From Gemmatimonadaceae bacterium (GTDB lineage: Bacteria; Gemmatimonadota; Gemmatimonadetes; Gemmatimonadales; Gemmatimonadaceae), in the NCBI GenBank assembly GCA_044224875.1, contig JBGAJQ010000040.1:1-48627 (forward strand): 48,627 bases of DNA, given 5' to 3'. The notes beneath the pieces are model-generated. The model was given only the letters and a program-made list of their open reading frames with translations. It was not told the DNA's origin and searched no databases. The position numbers and the translations under genes are program-made. Of the stretch, positions 38,808-47,223 are shown piece after piece (the first letter of the stretch is position 1; each line of letters opens with the position of its first letter).

Positions 38808-41549
38808 GTGATCGGAGGACGCTTTGTCCGGTGCTTTGGTGATGATGTTGCGGCTGGCTTGGCGGATGTTGAATCAGGAGGGTCAGGGGGCACCATGTGG
38901 AATTGCACAGCAGCAACAGAGCAGGTCATCACCCGGAGTTCGCCACTCCATTCACAGCGGTCTCTCAGGAGGGCCTGGCTCTGCGGACTGGTTCTAGCGG
39001 CGGGCACGGCGAGTCGTGTGCCAGCCCAGCTGCCGGACGTACGGATGTGGCGCGTCGCAGATACCAGCGCGACGGTTGCCTTGTCGATCGCGTCGAGCGG
39101 GGGCGTGAGCATCGGCGCGTATCAGGCTGGAGCTGCATGGATGCTGGTTGAGCTGTTGAACGCCATGCGGGGCGATGAGGCTTTTCGTGGGCGATACAAC
39201 CTTCCGCACTACGAACTCGCCAACTGGTCCGGTTCCTCGGCCGGTGGCATCAATGCACTGCTGGCTGCCCTTCGCTGGTGCGCGCCGACCCGGCGCGAAC
39301 GTGCGGAGGAGTCTTCCTTTTGGGAGCTGTGGAACGAGATCGGGATCGAGCAGCTCTCACCTGAGCAGCGTGGCCCCGAAGACCGGGAACTCGGCCTGTT
39401 CGAGCGCTCCGTATTGAGGCGGACCATCGAGCGTCGAGTGAACGAGGAGATCGCATCGGCGACAGGGCCATGCGCGCTGCCTCTCGCGGTTCTTGCCAGC
39501 AAGCTGACGCCTGGACGATTGCCACTGAATCCACTGCTGACAGCGGATGTGCAACGCTATGTGGCGGTGTACGTGGTCAAGAGTCAGCCGACGCCCGACG
39601 GTGGGACGCGCATCGCCATCACGCCCGCGCCGCCATTCGTGCAGCGCGATACGGCGTTAGGCAAGCAGTTGGTGCTGCCAGCATCCGGAGCCGACGAGAT
39701 TGGCATCCCGATGTTGTTGCAGTTGCTCACTGCCTCTTCATCGGTTGCCTACCTGTTTGCGCCCGTCTCACTGCAATACTGCGATGCGACGCGCGCCACC
39801 GCGTCGGGAGGCTGTGGAGACGGGCACACCGAGCCTAGCCGCTCGCGATTTGTGGATGGTGGTGCGATCGACAACGCCCCGCTCTATGCGGGGCTTCGCC
39901 TCCTCGCCATTGACGACTCGTTGGCGATCGCTCGAATGCCGCACGAGCGCGCGGCGGCGAGCGGTGTGATCCTGATCAGCTATGGCGCTCGACGACACGC
40001 TTCGCCCAGGGATGCCCTCGGGATCGGCAGCCGCCCCTCGCCTGAGCCTCACACCATATGCAAGCGACCCGACGATCCTGAGCACTGCGGTGGGCTCGGT
40101 GCCCTGACGCAGTTCCTCTCCGGTCTCATCCAGAGCGGGAGTCAGTACGAGCTGCAATGGCTCATTCGCCTCCGCGCGCAAGATTCCGTTCTCCGGAGTC
40201 TCGACATCGACCTGATCACCCGCCATCCCAACATCGTTGGCGAACGCCTGCGCAACAGCGCCGCGTTCCTTGGCCGCCCCTTCCGTGAGTCGGACTTCCA
40301 CTCAGGGATGTACGACGCGCTGCACTACCTCGCGAGCGGTGTTCTGTGCCAGCCAGAACACCGCCCTGCCGCAAGCAGCTCAAACGACGAGGACTGCGTG
40401 GTTCGAGCCGTCGACGAGTTGATGGCGCTCCTCCCCTTGTCATGTGTCAGCACCATGACGGTTCGCGGCGAACTTGCCAGCGAGTATCCCGATGCTACGA
40501 TTCCGACACCGGCCGCGTGCCGCGATCCAGGCGGCGGCGAGTTGGATCGAGTCGAGGCATACCGCGCGGTGAAGCGTGCACTCGAGGCCAGCGAGGCGCC
40601 AGCTCCAGATCAATGTGCCAAGCAAGGCACGGTTGCGGCGATGCTCTGTCGGGCGGGGATGACCCAGATGTTCGACCTGCTCCGTCAAGACCCACGGTTT
40701 TCGCAATACGCCAAGTCGCAGTACGACACCTGCCGCGATTCCATCGCGCACACAGCGGACACACGGGAACAGGAACTCATCCGCAACCGCTGTTTTGTCG
40801 ACGACGACTTCATGCTCACCCTCGCACACCCCAAGCGCGGACTCTTTCGGCGAATGCGGTTTGTGTTGGACCGGATGCAGTGGCTTGAAGAAGAAGTCGA
40901 AACCCAGGAGGGCGGTACAACGAACGTTGCGCACTGGGACGCCGGTACACAGTTCCTGAACTTTTTTGGGCGCTCGGCGTTGCTGTCCGAGGATCCCGGC
41001 TGGATTGCATTCCCCACCGTCGTGCCCAGGCGCAACAATCCATGGCGGATCGCAACGGGACTCCTGATGCCGGGCGAGGCGGAGGTGCAGCTGCTGGGAA
41101 AGGCGTGGGCGCTCAACTGGCGCCCGCTTGCCTACCGCGCGACCTCCGGTGTTGTGGTTGAATGGGACGTCGGATGGATCCGCAACGCCTTTGCCACGCC
41201 TAACGCACCAGAGGGCAAGCTCACCAGCCCGTGGCGGCTAACAAGTCAACTGATCGCAGGGTACCGACCGCGTGCTCGCGGACGCCTGCTGCTTTCCAGT
41301 GTTGCGGCGGGCGTTCGGTATTGGCGTCCTTCCGCACTTGATCAGGAACAAGGTGCGTCCATGTTCGCAAGGAGCGATCTCTCTCCCGTTGTTCGCGCTG
41401 ACATCCTGTGGGACCGATTCGGACTCTCTGCGACCACAACGCCGGAATATGCCGCGCCGCGCGATCGACGGAGACTACGGGTCTCCGTCACCGTGAACGA
41501 TGGAGGTGGTGCCATCTACTGGTTGTTGCGTTCACGCAACCTGCGATGA
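38808..41549 (+). CDS. Large Cys-rich patatin-like phospholipase-domain protein
   Basis: SGGVSIGAYQAG (oxyanion), GSSAG (nucleophile), FVDGGAIDN (catalytic Asp); signal-like segment near LCGLVLAAG; true start probably downstream (e.g. ATG 38895). Confidence 0.85.
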   Translation: MIGGRFVRCFGDDVAAGLADVESGGSGGTMWNCTAATEQVITRSSPLHSQRSLRRAWLCGLVLAAGTASRVPAQLPDVRMWRVADTSATVALSIASSGGVSIGAYQAGAAWMLVELLNAMRGDEAFRGRYNLPHYELANWSGSSAGGINALLAALRWCAPTRRERAEESSFWELWNEIGIEQLSPEQRGPEDRELGLFERSVLRRTIERRVNEEIASATGPCALPLAVLASKLTPGRLPLNPLLTADVQRYVAVYVVKSQPTPDGGTRIAITPAPPFVQRDTALGKQLVLPASGADEIGIPMLLQLLTASSSVAYLFAPVSLQYCDATRATASGGCGDGHTEPSRSRFVDGGAIDNAPLYAGLRLLAIDDSLAIARMPHERAAASGVILISYGARRHASPRDALGIGSRPSPEPHTICKRPDDPEHCGGLGALTQFLSGLIQSGSQYELQWLIRLRAQDSVLRSLDIDLITRHPNIVGERLRNSAAFLGRPFRESDFHSGMYDALHYLASGVLCQPEHRPAASSSNDEDCVVRAVDELMALLPLSCVSTMTVRGELASEYPDATIPTPAACRDPGGGELDRVEAYRAVKRALEASEAPAPDQCAKQGTVAAMLCRAGMTQMFDLLRQDPRFSQYAKSQYDTCRDSIAHTADTREQELIRNRCFVDDDFMLTLAHPKRGLFRRMRFVLDRMQWLEEEVETQEGGTTNVAHWDAGTQFLNFFGRSALLSEDPGWIAFPTVVPRRNNPWRIATGLLMPGEAEVQLLGKAWALNWRPLAYRATSGVVVEWDVGWIRNAFATPNAPEGKLTSPWRLTSQLIAGYRPRARGRLLLSSVAAGVRYWRPSALDQEQGASMFARSDLSPVVRADILWDRFGLSATTTPEYAAPRDRRRLRVSVTVNDGGGAIYWLLRSRNLR

Positions 41550-41568
41550 GGCCGCAGCCGAGCGCGTC

Positions 41569-42228
41569 TCACACACCTCCTGATCGCACACGAGGGGCCA
41601 CCACCACAAAGGTCGTCACATTCTCCGGCTCGTCGGCGATGTCGCGAGCCAATACCTGGAGACCATAGCGCGCGGCGCATCCCTCCGCGGCAATCGCTGC
41701 TTCATCCGCACGCCCTCCAGCGGCGACTTCACGCGCCGCCCCCGCCGTGTCGTAGCTGGCGACCGCCATCAACCAGTCGTGGGCCGCAAAGAAACGTCGA
41801 CACTGCTGTAGCGCGGCGGAGTGGCTGTACACTCGGCGCACCTCGTTCAACCTGGCGCCCGTATTCCCCAGCAGGCAGTGCACAACCGGCACCTGCACCA
41901 ATTCCCCTTGCTCGATCCCCCTGATCCCCCCCGTCCCCGTGGCCACGACATCCTGCAACGCAGCGGCGACACCGGGGATCGGGCCAATGATCGAGTTGTG
42001 AAGGGGAAGGACGCCCGCGCCGGCACGGCCGGAGAGAACCGCTTGCACCACGTCAACGAACGTTCGGCAGGAAAGACGCTCCACGCGCGCGCCCCACACT
42101 CGGTCGATCGCACTGTCGGCGTACGCCCCGCGCTCACCCTGAAATGCCACAACGAGTCGCGGCCCCGAGTGGGTCACGTGGTCTGGTGATGACTGGGCTA
42201 GGTGCGAAGACGTCATTGGCGAATACAA
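41569..42228 (-). CDS. pheA: Prephenate dehydratase catalytic domain only (no ACT or chorismate mutase domain)
   Basis: VAFQGERGAY, VLPLHNS, VHCLLG, VYSHSAALQQC, YDTAGAA, EAAIA, IADEPENVTTF. Confidence 0.8.
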   Translation of the reverse strand: MYSPMTSSHLAQSSPDHVTHSGPRLVVAFQGERGAYADSAIDRVWGARVERLSCRTFVDVVQAVLSGRAGAGVLPLHNSIIGPIPGVAAALQDVVATGTGGIRGIEQGELVQVPVVHCLLGNTGARLNEVRRVYSHSAALQQCRRFFAAHDWLMAVASYDTAGAAREVAAGGRADEAAIAAEGCAARYGLQVLARDIADEPENVTTFVVVAPRVRSGGV

Positions 42229-42340
42229 GGCCTAACGGGCAGGGGGTGCGTGGGCTCGATGACTTGTGCTTCGTCGAATGGGAACGGCTTGTCCCTGAAC
42301 GCCCTCTCGGAACTCGGGGTCAGCGGCAACAACCGGACAG

Positions 42341-42371
42341 GAAAAAGAAAGGGCCCCCGCGTGGAGGCCCT
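42341..42371 (-). terminator. Attenuator intrinsic terminator upstream of pheA
   Basis: Minus-strand RNA GGGCCUCC-ACGC-GGGGGCCC followed by UUUCUUUUUC. Confidence 0.85.
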
Positions 42372-42402
42372 GGCGTCTGAATGCGTAGCGGCTACTTCAC
42401 CG

Positions 42403-42483
42403 TCACCATGCGCGCGAGAGGTGCCCCCTGGAGTCCCAGAAGGCGCCGGTAAAGAGGAAGGCCCCGCGGCAGATGTCGACCAT
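42403..42483 (-). CDS. Phe/Trp-containing attenuator leader peptide MVDICRGAFLFTGAFWDSRGHLSRAW
   Basis: 26 codons with 3 Phe and 2 Trp; ends about 30 nt before the terminator and overlaps alternative hairpins. Confidence 0.75.
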   Translation of the reverse strand: MVDICRGAFLFTGAFWDSRGHLSRAW

Positions 42484-42611
42484 GAACCCTAACGTACGAC
42501 GAGCGGCCGGTGGTGGCAAGACGTTCCCGAGGTCTGCACATTGACCCGACGTGACTTTGGAGAGAAGGTTGTCGCGTGTTTCACCTGCTTCACTTTCGCC
42601 GAGTTCTCCCA

Positions 42612-44282
42612 ATGAGTCGACTTCAACTCCACCGGTCGTTGCGAGCGGCAGCGGCTAGCAGTGTCATGGCGCTGGCGGTCGGGTGTTCCGGGGCATCGAT
42701 GTCGGGGACGCAGCGCTCGACACGTTACGAGGACCTGTCCGCCCTCTTCACGGATTGGCGCGCCTTCCAGAAACCGCGGCTCATCGACGGTGTGCCCGAC
42801 TACACCACCTCGGCGATGAGTACCCAACAGGGCGAGCTGGCAAAATACCAGTCGAGGCTCCGCGCGATTGATCCCAGTGGCTGGACCGTGCCGCAACAAG
42901 TGGATTACCTGATCGTGCGCGCCGAAATGAGTGGGTTGGAGTTCGACCATCGCGTGTTGAAGCCGTGGACCAACAATCCGGCGTTCTACGTGACCTTCTT
43001 CACCGATGAAAGTGACCAGCCAGCGCGCGAAGGCCCCTTCGCGCTGGGAGCGGTGGAGACGTTCCGCTACCAGCAGCCGCTCACGGCCGCCGACGCCGCG
43101 GCCATCGACTCCGGGGTACGAGCAATCCCGGCGCTCCTCACTCAGGCCCAGAAGAACCTCACCGGCAACCAGAAGGACATCTGGAACTACGGCGTCGAGA
43201 GCGTGAAGGGTCAGGCCAGGGAACTCGAGGCCTACGCGTCGCAGCTGACGAACGCTCCGCAGGAACTCAAGGACGACCTCGCGAAGGCGAAGACCGCGAC
43301 CGACCAGTTCGTCGCCTGGTTGCAGTCCGAGAGTGCCAGGAAGACGGGACCGTCTGGAGTCGGCATCGACAACTACAACTGGTACCTCAAGAACGTGCAG
43401 CTGCTTCCGTACAGCTGGCAGGACCTTGTACTGCTGATGGAGCGGGAACTGGACCGGTCGTGGAGTTTCCTCGGCTTGGAAGAGGCGCGTAACGCTGGCG
43501 TTCCCCAGCTTGAACTCGTCGCCAGCCCCCAGGATCACAGCCGCCGATTCAACACCGCGGTGACGCAGTACATGGCGTACCTGCGCGACCACAACCTCCT
43601 CACCATCAAGGACTACATGGAGCCGCGGTTGCGTGCGCGCATTGGCGCGTTCTCCGACTCTCCGCGTGAGTTCTTTACGGAAGTCGACTATCGCGATCCC
43701 ATGGTCATGCGCACCCACGGGTTCCACTGGTTCGACAAGGGGCAGATGGCGACCGAGCCACACGCCAGCGCGATCCGCCGAGGGCCGCTCCTCTACAACA
43801 TCTTCAACACGCGAACGGAAGGGCTGGCGACGGAGTGGGAGGAGATGATGATGGGGGCAGGGATGTTCGACAAGAGCCCACGCTCTCGCGAGCTAATCCT
43901 CATTCTCGTGGCCGAGCGTGCTGCTAGGGCGTTAGGCGACCTGAAGATGCACAGCAATGAGTACACGCTGGAGCAGGCCTCGGCCTTTGCATCGGCCAAC
44001 ACGCCGCGCAACTGGCTTTCATTGAAGGGCAACCTGGTCCGGTGGGAGCAGCACCTGTACCTCCAACAGCCGGCATACGGTGTCAGCTACGTCATCGGCA
44101 AGGTGGAGACCGAGCGCGTGATGCAGGCGGAGCAGCGCCGTTTGGGCGACCAGTTCGGCTTCCGTTCTTTTATGGATCGTTTACTCGCCGCGGGACAGAT
44201 TCCAATTTCCCTGGTTGGCTGGGAGATGACGGGCGAACTGTCGCCGGCTCTCAAGGCGCTCCTTCGGCCGGATGGGACATGA
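42612..44282 (+). CDS. DUF885-family lipoprotein
   Basis: Lipobox-like ALAVG/C; TEGLATEWEE (EGWA-like), QQPAYGVSYVIGK, FGFRSFMDRLLAAGQIP. Confidence 0.78.
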   Translation: MSRLQLHRSLRAAAASSVMALAVGCSGASMSGTQRSTRYEDLSALFTDWRAFQKPRLIDGVPDYTTSAMSTQQGELAKYQSRLRAIDPSGWTVPQQVDYLIVRAEMSGLEFDHRVLKPWTNNPAFYVTFFTDESDQPAREGPFALGAVETFRYQQPLTAADAAAIDSGVRAIPALLTQAQKNLTGNQKDIWNYGVESVKGQARELEAYASQLTNAPQELKDDLAKAKTATDQFVAWLQSESARKTGPSGVGIDNYNWYLKNVQLLPYSWQDLVLLMERELDRSWSFLGLEEARNAGVPQLELVASPQDHSRRFNTAVTQYMAYLRDHNLLTIKDYMEPRLRARIGAFSDSPREFFTEVDYRDPMVMRTHGFHWFDKGQMATEPHASAIRRGPLLYNIFNTRTEGLATEWEEMMMGAGMFDKSPRSRELILILVAERAARALGDLKMHSNEYTLEQASAFASANTPRNWLSLKGNLVRWEQHLYLQQPAYGVSYVIGKVETERVMQAEQRRLGDQFGFRSFMDRLLAAGQIPISLVGWEMTGELSPALKALLRPDGT

Positions 44283-44339
44283 CGACTAGAAAACAACGTC
44301 ACTCGTCCGGAATAAGCCCCGGGCCGCCGCAGGGCATCG

Positions 44340-44804
44340 GTGGGTAGCTGCCCTCAGTGCGGTGCGCCCTTGGCCGAAGGGGAGAGCTGTCGGTCGTTTT
44401 TCGATCAGCTGCTGGCGCTCGAGTTCGAACAGCCGGACGCCTTCGCCGAGCATCACCTCACGGTCGCCTGCTACTTCCTGCAACACCCGGCGGGGTATGC
44501 CGAGGTCACACTCAAGTACTGGCGGCGGCTCCTTCACGCCGCGCTGGTTGACCATGTGCCCGCGGCGCGGCTGAGCCGCCAGATGAGTAAGCAGTTCGAA
44601 GGGCCAGCGCGGGTGCGCGGCGAAGAGAATTCTCCGCCGGTGTGGTGGCCGAGGCGCTGGACTGTTATCGTTAGGGACGTTGTAGCACTAGACGAGCGAC
44701 CCGCGACGGCGGCAGCACATCTGGAACGCGTGCGGCGGTGGGCGTGGAGTATCCTGGGGGAGTTGAAAGCGGCGCCAGAGGTGCAGCAGAACTCGAGCCG
44801 GTAG
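44340..44804 (+). CDS. Hypothetical protein (DUF5946-like)
   Basis: CPQCGA, HHLTVACYFLQHP, HLERVRRWA. Confidence 0.7.
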   Translation: MGSCPQCGAPLAEGESCRSFFDQLLALEFEQPDAFAEHHLTVACYFLQHPAGYAEVTLKYWRRLLHAALVDHVPAARLSRQMSKQFEGPARVRGEENSPPVWWPRRWTVIVRDVVALDERPATAAAHLERVRRWAWSILGELKAAPEVQQNSSR

Positions 44805-44839
44805 GCGCTCTCGCCCACCCATCACCACCAGGTACCATC

Positions 44840-45232
44840 GTGAAGAAGAAGGCACCACGAAGCGGCGCGAAGCGCAAGCGCTCCCCCACGCAGGGATTCC
44901 AGCGCGGGACCAAGCATCCCAGCAACCAGCTGACCATCTCGCAGGTGAAGGCCATCCGCACGGGCAAGCACAAGAACAAGTCTCAGGCGGATCTGGCAAA
45001 GGAACTTGGCGTTTCCGCATCGACCATTTCGCAAGCCAGGACCGGTCGCACCTGGTCATGGCTGCCCGGCGCCAAGAAGCCGATGAAGGCCGACGACCCG
45101 CGTCGGTTCATCGGTCGCGGTGGGCCGGTCATCAGCTGGAAAGAGGTCATCGGCAAGGATGGTCGGCCAGTCGGTCGCCGGGCCAAGCCGAGGGGGCCAC
45201 GGAAGGGTGTCGGACGGAGGTCCGGCCGGTAG
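44840..45232 (+). CDS. Small basic helix-turn-helix protein
   Basis: RGTKHPSNQLTISQVKAIR...SQADLAKELGVSASTISQARTGRTW, with Lys/Arg-rich tails; GTG 44840 start assumed. Confidence 0.65.
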   Translation: MKKKAPRSGAKRKRSPTQGFQRGTKHPSNQLTISQVKAIRTGKHKNKSQADLAKELGVSASTISQARTGRTWSWLPGAKKPMKADDPRRFIGRGGPVISWKEVIGKDGRPVGRRAKPRGPRKGVGRRSGR

Positions 45233-45259
45233 TATTCCCCCGTTCCAACGGGGGAATCT

Positions 45260-47167
45260 GTGGCAGATTGGTCAGGTCGCGATCTAGGGTTGGACCGCTC
45301 GGTCACCCGACGCGACTTTCTCAACGGTTTGGCGATAGGCGCTGGTTCGTTAGGCGCCCTGTCAGGGAGCGATTGGCTGCGTGCCGGGATCTTCGACGCG
45401 CAGGGCGTCGCTCCCTACCCGCCGGCCCTCACCGGGTTGCGGGGGAGTACGGACGCCGCGTTCGAGAACGCGCACAAGGTGCGCGATGGCGCCGGGCCCT
45501 CCAGTTGGGGCATTCCCCGAGCGACCAACGAACGCTACGACCTGATCGTGGTCGGTGCCGGCATCAGCGGCTTGGCTGCTGCCTACTTCTTCCGGCAAGC
45601 CGCAGGGCCTAGTGCGCGGATCCTGATTCTCGACAACCACGACGACTTCGGCGGTCACGCCAGACGCAACGAGTTCACCGTCGATGGTCGTCTTCTGCTG
45701 GGCTACGGTGGCACCCAGTCCATCGACACACCATCCGAGTACAGCGCGCAGGCGCGGCAGCTACTGAAGGACCTTGGGATCGAGCTGAACGCCTTCTATC
45801 AGGCCTTCGATCAGGGGTTCTTCGAGCGCCGGCGTCTGTCGCGCGCGGTGTTCTTCGATCGAGAGACTTTCGGCGAGGACAAACTCGTCAGGCGTCCGCC
45901 GGGTGTGCCACCGCGCGAATGGCTGGCTCAGGCTCCTTTGTCGGATCGTGCGCGCGCGGACATCGCGCGCGTATACGAGAATGCCGTCGACTACCTCGCC
46001 GGCAAGTCCAACCAGGACAAGCTGGCCCACCTCGCGCGCACCAGCTATCGCGACTACCTCGTGCAGAACGTGGGGGTGACACCCGACGCCATCCCGTTCT
46101 TTCAGTGCCTCACGCACGATCTATACGGGGTGGGTGTGGAGGCCGTACCCGCCGGCGACTGTCGCGGTGTGGGATTCCCCGGATTTCGCGGGCTTGGGCT
46201 GGGTGACGAATTCGGTCCCGGGCAGGGGCTCACCGCCAGCCGCACCCATGACGACCCGTACATTTTCCACTTCCCGGACGGCAACGCGACTATCGCGCGA
46301 CTGCTGGTGCGCTCCCTGATCCCCGGCGTGTTGAGCGGAAAGTCAATGAATGATGTCGTGCTGGCGCGGGCCGACTATGGGGCACTGGACCGAGAGGGGA
46401 ATCCCGTGCGGTTGCGGCTGAACAGCACGGTGGTGAGTGCTCGGCACGCCGGCTCCGGGACATCGGGGGAAGTGGACATCATCTACGCTCAGGGGAACCA
46501 GTCCTTCGCCGTGCGTGGGGCCGCGTGTGTGCTCGCCTGCTGGCACGGGATCATCCCGCACCTGTGTCCCGACCTTCCAGTCAAGCAGCGCGAGGCACTG
46601 GTGTATGGCGTGAAGGTGCCCTTGCTCTACACCAATGTGGCGCTCCGAAACTGGAAGGCTCTCGACGCGCTCAAGGTGGAGTCTGTGTATGCGCCCGGCA
46701 GTTTCTGGTCGGGCATCCACATGGACTTCCCCGTGAGCATTGGTGGATACAGGTACACCCGTGATCCCGGCGAGCCGACGGTGTTGCATGTGGTACGCAC
46801 ACCGTGCAAGCCTGGTTTGCCGGCACGCGACCAGCAGCGGGCCGGGAGGTTTGAGCTGCTATCCACACCGTTCACGACCTTGGAGCGTAACGTGCGTGAA
46901 CAACTGGCCCGTACCTTTGGAGCTGGCGGCTTCGATCCGGCGCGTGACATCGCGGGAATTACCGTGAATCGCTGGTCGCACGGGTACACGTACGAGTACA
47001 ACTCGCTGTACGATCCGGTGTGGAAGCCGGGCGAGGCGCCGTGCGAGGTGGCGCGACAGCGCTACGGGAACATCGCCATCGCCAACGCGGATGCGCAGGC
47101 GTTTGCATACTCGGACGCAGCGATCGATCAGGCGTGGCGAGCGGTGCGGGAGTTGCGGGGCGGATAG
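45260..47167 (+). CDS. Tat-exported FAD-dependent oxidoreductase, spermidine dehydrogenase (SpdH)-like
   Basis: TRRDFLNG twin-arginine motif, YPPALTGLRGS, VVGAGISGLAAA, LDNHDDFGGHARRNEF, HFPDGNATIARLLV, ITVNRWSHGY. Confidence 0.88.
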   Translation: MADWSGRDLGLDRSVTRRDFLNGLAIGAGSLGALSGSDWLRAGIFDAQGVAPYPPALTGLRGSTDAAFENAHKVRDGAGPSSWGIPRATNERYDLIVVGAGISGLAAAYFFRQAAGPSARILILDNHDDFGGHARRNEFTVDGRLLLGYGGTQSIDTPSEYSAQARQLLKDLGIELNAFYQAFDQGFFERRRLSRAVFFDRETFGEDKLVRRPPGVPPREWLAQAPLSDRARADIARVYENAVDYLAGKSNQDKLAHLARTSYRDYLVQNVGVTPDAIPFFQCLTHDLYGVGVEAVPAGDCRGVGFPGFRGLGLGDEFGPGQGLTASRTHDDPYIFHFPDGNATIARLLVRSLIPGVLSGKSMNDVVLARADYGALDREGNPVRLRLNSTVVSARHAGSGTSGEVDIIYAQGNQSFAVRGAACVLACWHGIIPHLCPDLPVKQREALVYGVKVPLLYTNVALRNWKALDALKVESVYAPGSFWSGIHMDFPVSIGGYRYTRDPGEPTVLHVVRTPCKPGLPARDQQRAGRFELLSTPFTTLERNVREQLARTFGAGGFDPARDIAGITVNRWSHGYTYEYNSLYDPVWKPGEAPCEVARQRYGNIAIANADAQAFAYSDAAIDQAWRAVRELRGG

Positions 47168-47223
47168 ATGAACGAGAGCGTCGCCAACGAATCTCGCAGC
47201 CTCGCAGCCGTCCCAGGGAGCCG

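Larger units (their letters stand above)
818..45354. repeat. Dispersed, highly iterated non-palindromic motif (G)CCTAACG / CGTTAGG(C)
   Basis: 28 copies counted by eye, starting at 818, 2824, 4399, 7751, 9071, 10145, 10306, 11831, 14588, 16736, 16917, 18735, 19170, 20404, 23376, 26644, 27404, 35010, 35667, 37104, 38462, 39655, 41199, 42231, 42488, 43930, 44669, 45348. Confidence 0.85.

Noticed and set aside
29279..43763. Long antisense ORFs (e.g. 29279-30547, 42489-43763; also 28086-29144, 15112-16068, 16934-17866)
   Set aside because: They mirror well-supported genes on the other strand, as expected from GC-rich codon bias, and carry no recognisable motifs.
818..45354. GCCTAAC/GTTAGGC copies as integron attC sites or a cassette array
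   Set aside because: They match the core consensus, but most lie inside genes, they do not form paired R''/R' hairpins at gene ends, and no integrase is present.
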